From Hyphomicrobiales bacterium (GTDB lineage Bacteria > Pseudomonadota > Alphaproteobacteria > Rhizobiales > OSC116), in the NCBI GenBank assembly GCA_016744975.1, contig JADGDI010000006.1, forward strand, positions 1 to 53,338: DNA of 53,338 bases, read 5' to 3'. Position 1 is the first letter of the stretch. Each line of letters opens with the position of its first letter. Positions 46,821 to 53,338 of the stretch are shown in pieces. Both the position numbers and the translations under genes were made by a program. The notes below the pieces were generated by a model that made no database searches, had not been told where the DNA came from, and saw only the letters and a program-made list of their open reading frames with translations.

Positions 46821-48038
46821 ATGTTTTCGCTTACCAAGCAATTTAACAAAACCATTTGGTTGATTATTATTTCGACCTTTGCTGCGCGATTTACTTTTTT
46901 TATGATTTGGCCATTTATGGCACTGATCTTACATAACAAATTTGCGTTGGATGAATTTGAAGTTGGGTCATTTTTAGCTTTTTCAGTATTCATTGGCATC
47001 AGTTGTGGGTTTGTGGTTGGTAATATCTCGGACAGAATTGGCCGCCGAAAAATCATTATTCTTGGTCTTATATTACAGGTAATTTCATTAATATTATTGG
47101 GTATTGCAGATGGTTTGATATTAATGCTATTGGCATCGACCTTGCAATCCATCGCCAGAACCATGACTGAAAACCCAGGTAAAGCACTAATGACCGATAT
47201 GATGCAAGACCGCGACGTGAAAGATATGGCGTTGCATATGCGTTATTATATGCTTAATGTTGGCGCGGCTTTAGGCCCTGTAGCGGGTGTCTTTATAGGG
47301 GTAACAGGACAACAAACCACGTTTTTTATTGCAGCGGCAATGTATGGCCTATATCTCATTGCGGCAGCAGTTATTTTCAACATTGAGAAACCTATTAAGC
47401 GTAGCAAAATGTCTGCTGACCATTCATTTGGGCATTTGTTTAAGCTTTTGCGCCAAGATTATGCCTTTCTATTATTTGTTTTGGCAAGCCTTTTAGCTTT
47501 TGTTACCTATGCGCAAATAGATGTCGGTCTTTTGCAATATTTACAACAAGAAAACATTTCAAACATAACGCAATTATTTGCGCAACTATTGTTCATTAAC
47601 GGCTTAACCATTATAATTTTTCAATTTCCAATGTTGAAATTGCTAAGAAATACTGAGCCCATGAGACGTGCAATATATGGTGTAGTGCTATTTTTTATTG
47701 CCCATTTAATTTTTGCATTTTCCTCTGCAAATCAAACCTATATGCTTATGCTGGCGATATTCACTTTAAGCTTTGGTGAGGTCATACTATTTCCTACCAT
47801 GACCATATTGGTTGACCGCATGGCGCCAGAGCATCTAAAAGGCAGCTATTTTGGAGCCGCAGCGTTGGGCGGTTTAGGTTTTTCCTTAGCGCCATTATTG
47901 GGTGGTTTAATGTTGCATCAATTTGGGGGCTTTATAATGTGGTTAAGCATGGCTGGTATTACGGTTATTGTAGGTTTACTGCTTTATATTGCTCAAACTG
48001 CCAAACGGCCTGAGCTTTTAAAACAAAAGGTGGGTTAA
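46821..48038 (+). CDS. MFS transporter (MDR-type), paralogue 1
   Basis: About 12 TM segments and motif A GNISDRIGRR. Confidence 0.92.
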   Translation: MFSLTKQFNKTIWLIIISTFAARFTFFMIWPFMALILHNKFALDEFEVGSFLAFSVFIGISCGFVVGNISDRIGRRKIIILGLILQVISLILLGIADGLILMLLASTLQSIARTMTENPGKALMTDMMQDRDVKDMALHMRYYMLNVGAALGPVAGVFIGVTGQQTTFFIAAAMYGLYLIAAAVIFNIEKPIKRSKMSADHSFGHLFKLLRQDYAFLLFVLASLLAFVTYAQIDVGLLQYLQQENISNITQLFAQLLFINGLTIIIFQFPMLKLLRNTEPMRRAIYGVVLFFIAHLIFAFSSANQTYMLMLAIFTLSFGEVILFPTMTILVDRMAPEHLKGSYFGAAALGGLGFSLAPLLGGLMLHQFGGFIMWLSMAGITVIVGLLLYIAQTAKRPELLKQKVG

Positions 48039-49267
48039 TGTTTGCGCCGGTCAAATTTTTTAATAAATCGGTATGGTTTATTTTACTGTCGGGTTTTTGC
48101 ATTAGCTTTGTTTCCCAAATGGTTTGGCCATTTATGGCGCTCATTTTATATCGAAAATTTAACCTTAATGAGTTTGAAATTGGCCTATATTTAGCTTTTG
48201 CAGTGACAGTAAGGGCGATTTCTGGCTTTTATATTGGCAATCTGTCAGACCGAATTGGCAGGCGGGTGATTATTTTAATTGGCTTTATGATCAGTACAAG
48301 TGGTGCTTTTATATTAGCCTATGCCGATAATTTATACTTTATGTTGCTTGGTTCAACTTGCGTGACTGTGGCATTTGGTATGGTTCAAAACCCAAGCAAA
48401 GCTTTAATGACTGACATGATGGAGAACCGAGATGTCAAAGATTTGGCGCTACAATTAAAATTTTTCTTTCATAATGCAGCACTTGCACTTGGCCCTGCGA
48501 TTGGCGCCTATCTTGGCATTGCCGGGCAGCAATCTACTTTTTACTATACGGGAACTGTGGTTTTCATCGTATTTTTGGTAGGCCTTTATATATTCAACAT
48601 TGAAAAGCCGCCCAAGCGCACAAAAAGTGGCCAAGATCAGTCTTTTAAAGCGCTATTTGCATTGCTTGCAAAAGACCATGCATTTATGATTTTTGTATTG
48701 GCCTACGCGCTCAGTTTGGTGGCATATATGCAGGTTCAGGCGGGTTTGCTGCAATATCTTCGTTTAAGTAATATAACGCCGATAGAACAAATTTATGCAA
48801 ATTTATTGATGATAAACGGTTTGGTTATCATTATTTTTCAATTTCCAATGATGCATTTATTGCGCAAACTTAAACCGATGGACAGGGTTAGTATTGCGGT
48901 TTCCTTATTCTTCATTTCTTATATGCTATATGCATTATTCACCCAAAATGGTGGCTACATGCTCTATGTTGCTATGCTATTTTTAGCGCTTGGCGAGGTC
49001 ATTTTGTTTCCAACCATTATGATCTTAGTCGACCGTATGGCACCAGAGCATTTGAAGGGCAGCTATTTTGGTGCTGCTGGTCTCACTTCATTTGGTGTTG
49101 CCGCCGCACCACTAATTGGTGGCTATCTATTGCAAAATTATGGCGGTATGATTTTGTGGCTCGCTATGGCGGGAATTTCTATTATGGTGGGGCTTTTATT
49201 TTATATTGCCCAACATGCCAAACGGCCAGATTTTGCATTAAAACGAGACCAAAATAGCCGCATATAG
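48038..49267 (+). CDS. MFS transporter (MDR-type), paralogue 2
   Basis: Motif A GNLSDRIGRR; TAATG stop/start overlap with paralogue 1. Confidence 0.92.
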   Translation: MFAPVKFFNKSVWFILLSGFCISFVSQMVWPFMALILYRKFNLNEFEIGLYLAFAVTVRAISGFYIGNLSDRIGRRVIILIGFMISTSGAFILAYADNLYFMLLGSTCVTVAFGMVQNPSKALMTDMMENRDVKDLALQLKFFFHNAALALGPAIGAYLGIAGQQSTFYYTGTVVFIVFLVGLYIFNIEKPPKRTKSGQDQSFKALFALLAKDHAFMIFVLAYALSLVAYMQVQAGLLQYLRLSNITPIEQIYANLLMINGLVIIIFQFPMMHLLRKLKPMDRVSIAVSLFFISYMLYALFTQNGGYMLYVAMLFLALGEVILFPTIMILVDRMAPEHLKGSYFGAAGLTSFGVAAAPLIGGYLLQNYGGMILWLAMAGISIMVGLLFYIAQHAKRPDFALKRDQNSRI

Positions 49268-49315
49268 CTTTTTAGTGGGATTGCTTCTAGATCAGTTATC
49301 TTAATAAAACCCTTA

Positions 49316-50569
49316 TCATTGGGTTAATGCCATGCCGCCAGCTTTAACAAACTCTACAAATATACTATCAAATGCTTTGTTAATATCACTAACATTGCGG
49401 GTTTGGTAAAAGCTATTTGGCGACGCGCATTTGCGCATATCAGGCTCTAAATTTCTTGCATGAGGTCGAACCAACCTTCTATATGCCCAGTGATTTATAT
49501 ATTCATAGGTTGTGTAAATCACCATTAACCGAACTTTTTGAGCCTTTATACCTGTGTTACAATCTGCTACGCGCATTGTGTTGGTTCGGTAAACCCAAGG
49601 TGGCATGTCATATAACCCATCGGATAAAAATACCACCATTTTTTGGCGATCATCTTTTGAACTGCCAGTGCCTTGTTTCCCAATCACACTTCTTAAATAA
49701 CTCATCGCTGCGCCTAGATGGGTGTGCGCATTTTGCACGCCTGCTCTGCTTAAAGCGCCGTTAACTGCATCCATATTACCTGTAGGTGATAATATTGTCC
49801 AAGCTCTATGAGTGAAGCCATAAAGGCCAATACGATATTGATCAGCAGTCTCAGAATCAAGTTTTTTAATTTTTTTGGCTATATCATTGACAGCGCGTTT
49901 AACCACATCCATACGCAAGTCAATGCCATTTGCTTTGGCTATTTTCGCATAGTTTGAACCATCATGGCAGGTGAATGCACAACCTGCCTTTTGCGTTAAT
50001 TGAGTGATACCGCTAGGTGTTGCGGCAATTCCCATTGAGGATGAAAAATCCATCATAAAGTATAAATCAATATATTTAGCCTGACCAATTGGCAGCTTTG
50101 CCACAACAGTGTTGGATAAAGGATAGGAATCTATACCAAATAATGAAGTGAAATAAGCAGGGCTTGTGGCCTTCCAATTTACCCTTGCGGAATAGGACTT
50201 TTTACCATCCTGAGAAAACGCCACATTAAATTTATCGAGTTTAATCCCCTTGTCAAATAAGTTAGCTTGTAAAATATTCAAAGCCGCTTTGTTTGCCTTT
50301 GCTTTGCGGTCTTTTTTTAAATCTTTATTACCATAAACTTTTAAGCCAGCCAGAATAGCGGTGTCGACAGCGTTTGAAATTCTGGCGTTGTTTAAGAATG
50401 CGGCTGATAAATCGACACTTGCGCCAATAAACCCAGCGATCACGGGTAGTAATAAAGCAAACATAATAGCGATATTGCCATTTTGATTGCCAATAAATTG
50501 CCGAGATATGGTCATTATATTCGATATTGGGTGGATCAATTCATTCTCGATTCTAAATAAAAGTTGCAT
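49316..50569 (-). CDS. TadG/CpaL-like pilin-anchored vWA protein
   Basis: Pilin-like GNIAIMFALLLPVI, MIDAS DFSSS, GCAFTCH and FLSDG. The start may be the ATG at 50515. Confidence 0.85.
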   Translation of the reverse strand: MQLLFRIENELIHPISNIMTISRQFIGNQNGNIAIMFALLLPVIAGFIGASVDLSAAFLNNARISNAVDTAILAGLKVYGNKDLKKDRKAKANKAALNILQANLFDKGIKLDKFNVAFSQDGKKSYSARVNWKATSPAYFTSLFGIDSYPLSNTVVAKLPIGQAKYIDLYFMMDFSSSMGIAATPSGITQLTQKAGCAFTCHDGSNYAKIAKANGIDLRMDVVKRAVNDIAKKIKKLDSETADQYRIGLYGFTHRAWTILSPTGNMDAVNGALSRAGVQNAHTHLGAAMSYLRSVIGKQGTGSSKDDRQKMVVFLSDGLYDMPPWVYRTNTMRVADCNTGIKAQKVRLMVIYTTYEYINHWAYRRLVRPHARNLEPDMRKCASPNSFYQTRNVSDINKAFDSIFVEFVKAGGMALTQ

Positions 50570-50804
50570 GTCATCTGGTTCAGAAAACTTGAAAATTATC
50601 AGCTTAAAACCTTAATAAATTAAATAAAAATAGCCTGTAATTCGGAAATCCTGCTAAACAATTAGTTCAATAACAGTTTTTTATTGAGCTTTAACAAAGG
50701 TTTATACCTTGGAGCAAATATCTAACCACTACCAATTGATTAGAGGGGAGGAAGCGGTTATGGCTTGTAATATATTTAAAAAATAATTGATTGTAAATAA
50801 TATT

Positions 50805-51468
50805 GGCTCTGTTGCAAATAAATTGAGTTTGATGTAGATTTTAATTCTGTTAAGTTTTATATGAATTTGTTCAAGCATCGCCACTTTCAATATGACATCA
50901 TCATATGGGCAATCCGCTGGTATTGTAAATATGGCATCAGTTATCGAGAACTAAAAGAAATGCTCCATGAACGTGGTGTTACTGTTCATCATTCAACAAT
51001 TTATCGTTGGGTTCAGAAATATGCACCTGTGATGGAAAAACGTCTAAAATGGCATTGGCATCCAAAGTTTGGTATCAGTTGGCAAGTCGATGAGACTTAT
51101 ATTAAAGTCAAAGGCAAATGGGTGTATTTGTATAGGGCTATTGAATAATTAAAGATGGAAGGCAAGTGTCCCAAGGATTTAGAGCACAGACAAGTTAAAT
51201 ATTTAAACAACAGAATTGAAGCGGATCATGGCAAATTGAAACGATTGATTAATCCTGTTAGAGGCTTTAAATCCTTGAAAACTGCTTATGCTACAGTCAA
51301 GGGATTCGAAGTGATGCATATGTTTAAGAAAGGCCAGTTTAATGTTTGGTTGCATGGAAATAAGGTCAATGCAGAAATCCGTCTAATAACCAATGCCCTT
51401 TTAGATTTCTAGAAAAAATAGTGAAAACCCGAATAAACTCGGACTAAATTATTATTTGAAACAGAGCC
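50805..51468 (+). mobile_element. IS6-family (IS26-like) insertion sequence, internally deleted, 664 bp
   Basis: Terminal inverted repeats GGCTCTGTTGCAAATAA (50805-50821) and GGCTCTGTTTCAAATAA (reverse complement of 51452-51468) match at 16 of 17. No target-site duplication. Confidence 0.93.
50861..51412 (+). pseudogene. IS6-family transposase pseudogene
   Basis: Two fragments in the same frame (RWY...DETYIKVKGKWVYLYRAI and KYLNNRIEADH) separated by TAA at 51146-51148. The central segment with the second catalytic Asp is missing. Confidence 0.93.
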
Positions 51469-51476
51469 CTAAAAAC

Positions 51477-52136
51477 TTATTGTGTCAAAAATATATGAGG
51501 GTCAAGATAGTATTTTTTACGAGAACCATGAGTTTCATTGGTCGCTGCCCAAGGCCGCGGATATAAGGTTTTTATAGTATAGTGCAAATGGGCAGGCTTG
51601 CCCTTTGCATTGCCACTATTTCCAACCGTGCCAATCTTTTGGCCAGAACGAACCCACTGCTGCTTGCTAACCAAAATACTGTCTAAATGCGCGTAATAAT
51701 GGATACGCCATTTCGGTCCGATAATGAAGATATGTTTACCAGCCTTTTTCCAATTGCCGACCTTCCACACAAACCCATCAACGCTAGACAGTAAATCTGT
51801 GCCCTTTTTTGCGAAAATATCGATGCCCTTATGGGTTTTAGAGCTGCCCCACGGTTCAAACCAAAAGCTGTTTTCTGCCCAATCGGCAGTGGTTGCACCT
51901 TTAACAGGAATGGTTTTTGTTTCAGGCCAAATAAAACCTGCCGCGATCAATATTATTGGCAAACTCACTATAAAAGCCACTATATAAGCAGCATTGGTAA
52001 TATTTATATTTTTATATTTTAGGCTCTTACCTCTGCCGACCGCTTCTGGTGGCATTGGCTCGTTATCCTTTTCAATGTCTCCAGCCAAAGGTAAGTTTTT
52101 GTCTGGTTGAATATTGTTTTTATCAGAATCAGTCAA
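51477..52136 (-). CDS. M23 family metallopeptidase with a single TM anchor
   Basis: HKGID (HxxxD), YYAHL, VGNSGNA and HLH. Confidence 0.92.
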   Translation of the reverse strand: MTDSDKNNIQPDKNLPLAGDIEKDNEPMPPEAVGRGKSLKYKNINITNAAYIVAFIVSLPIILIAAGFIWPETKTIPVKGATTADWAENSFWFEPWGSSKTHKGIDIFAKKGTDLLSSVDGFVWKVGNWKKAGKHIFIIGPKWRIHYYAHLDSILVSKQQWVRSGQKIGTVGNSGNAKGKPAHLHYTIKTLYPRPWAATNETHGSRKKYYLDPHIFLTQ

Positions 52137-52138
52137 TT

Positions 52139-53176
52139 TTAAAATATCTCAACAAATTGATCAATAATATCAGCATGATCATTATACAATTGCATTGTCT
52201 TAATTTTATCAATAGGCATCCAAATTGCGTCCTTTAAATGGCTTGTTTTATTTAGTTTCGGTAAAGATTTATCATTGGTGTTACCCAATTCACAATAATA
52301 GGCCATACATGCCCTATTGACGCCGATATTTCTGCTGGTTAGGTCAAATAACTGTTGCGATTTTATAGCATTTTTAAGATTCAGGCCATCCATTAAAATA
52401 ATTTCTTGGATTTCGAGTAAATTTACTAACGCTGCTTCCATATAGCTTTGATCTGTTTTGACATTTCCTCCTGGCAATGCCCAGCAATCTTTACCAGGGG
52501 TTTTGAGCCTTTTGATAAGTAATATATGGCCTTGCGTAACGATAACAATACGACAGGAAAGAAATTTTAAATAATCAGAAAAAGCACAATCTATAACAAG
52601 CTGCTGTTCATTTTGGTAATATAAATAATCATCGAGTAAATTACGATGGGCGGGGCAGGAATTTGACAGATCATTTATAACATTTTGAGGTAAATATTTT
52701 TTAACGGTGCCAATATTTTTAAGATGAGCGGAAAACCAAGCGTTGCGTATGGTTGTAGCGCTTATGCTTATGCTTTGCGCGATACCCTCAGACGCCCATT
52801 GCGGGAAGCTTTTTAAATAGTAGGATGACTGATCTTTTTCATGGCCGACTAATGTTACAGTATCGGAGTGAGTAATTGCATTTTGAACCTTTTTTTCAAG
52901 TTCATTTTCCCATTTTTGCTCTCTGTAACGATAATCATTCAAAGGCAGAATTGTAAGTTTTGGCACTAGCTGCTTTTTTGCAGCCATTAATTTGTAACAG
53001 GTTTCAATCCAACTTTTTCGTAGTTCAAAGTCAAAAGGGTTTTTAATCGAGGCTGCTTGATTGACCGAACCTACCATGACTATGATGTGATGATAATGCG
53101 ACATCATATGTTCAATTACAGTCAAATGACCAATATGCAGTGGTTGGAATCGACCAATATAGACACCAACTTTCAT
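52139..53176 (-). CDS. NMN adenylyltransferase-Nudix fusion (NadM-Nudix) with degenerate Nudix box
   Basis: IGRFQPLHIGH, KNPF, VGHEKDQSSYYLKSFPQW and SATTIR; C-terminal WALPGG Nudix fold ending DHADII. Confidence 0.88.
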   Translation of the reverse strand: MKVGVYIGRFQPLHIGHLTVIEHMMSHYHHIIVMVGSVNQAASIKNPFDFELRKSWIETCYKLMAAKKQLVPKLTILPLNDYRYREQKWENELEKKVQNAITHSDTVTLVGHEKDQSSYYLKSFPQWASEGIAQSISISATTIRNAWFSAHLKNIGTVKKYLPQNVINDLSNSCPAHRNLLDDYLYYQNEQQLVIDCAFSDYLKFLSCRIVIVTQGHILLIKRLKTPGKDCWALPGGNVKTDQSYMEAALVNLLEIQEIILMDGLNLKNAIKSQQLFDLTSRNIGVNRACMAYYCELGNTNDKSLPKLNKTSHLKDAIWMPIDKIKTMQLYNDHADIIDQFVEIF

Positions 53177-53338
53177 ATTTCACTCCAGCTTTACAGATTC
53201 ACATTTTTAGCGCTATAAATTTATAGTATAGTTGCATATTGAATGTTATTATATAGCAAAAATAGCCAAATTAAGCATATTGCAATTTTTTACAAAATAC
53301 GCGTAAAGATTGAATTTATTTTTACCAATTAAAAGAAA

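Noticed and set aside
3143-49764. Many 60-204 aa ORFs antisense to or nested in recognised genes (e.g. 4143-4736, 18996-19454, 28727-29341, 43117-43524)
   Set aside because: They are shadow frames of well-supported genes and show no recognisable motifs.
50797-51476. 8-bp target-site duplication around the IS6 element
   Set aside because: The left flank ATAATATT and right flank CTAAAAAC do not match.
53213-53226. Palindrome CTATAAATTTATAG upstream of NadM-Nudix as an NrtR-type operator
   Set aside because: Almost entirely A/T in an AT-rich spacer and lacks the GT-N7-AC core; could be chance.
1-53338. CRISPR array, tRNA/rRNA genes, prophage or defence genes
   Set aside because: No regularly spaced repeats, cloverleaf or rRNA-like sequence, or phage/defence motifs were seen by eye; tRNAscan-SE and Rfam scans would be needed to exclude small RNAs fully.

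Overview
Chromosomal window from an AT-rich alphaproteobacterium (roughly 40% GC by eye). gcrA, Cpa-type Tad pili and CtrA boxes point to Hyphomicrobiales/Rhizobiales-like affinity, which is an inference. In order: hisZ (partial) and hisS; a flp-cpaABCDEF-tadBC pilus operon with displaced cpaI-like, tadD/cpaO and tadG/vWA genes; truA; an M17 aminopeptidase; gcrA; phoR-pstSCAB-phoUB with a clear Pho box; an AT-rich membrane-AraC/CPBP pair; an imelysin/di-haem/imelysin/DUF1513 iron-uptake operon with Fur-like boxes; a divergent, enlarged glutamate synthase large subunit followed by a CysJ-like diflavin reductase instead of gltD; a RibD-C/DHFR-family gene; bkdR-bkdA1A2B-lpdV; two paralogous MFS transporters; an internally deleted IS6 element; an M23 peptidase; and a NadM-Nudix gene with a degenerate Nudix box. 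The best candidate for an undescribed system is the GltB-like plus diflavin reductase operon, which has a sigma54 promoter and a long structured leader. No rRNA, tRNA or CRISPR array was seen. All family calls come from motif recognition by eye, not from database searches.
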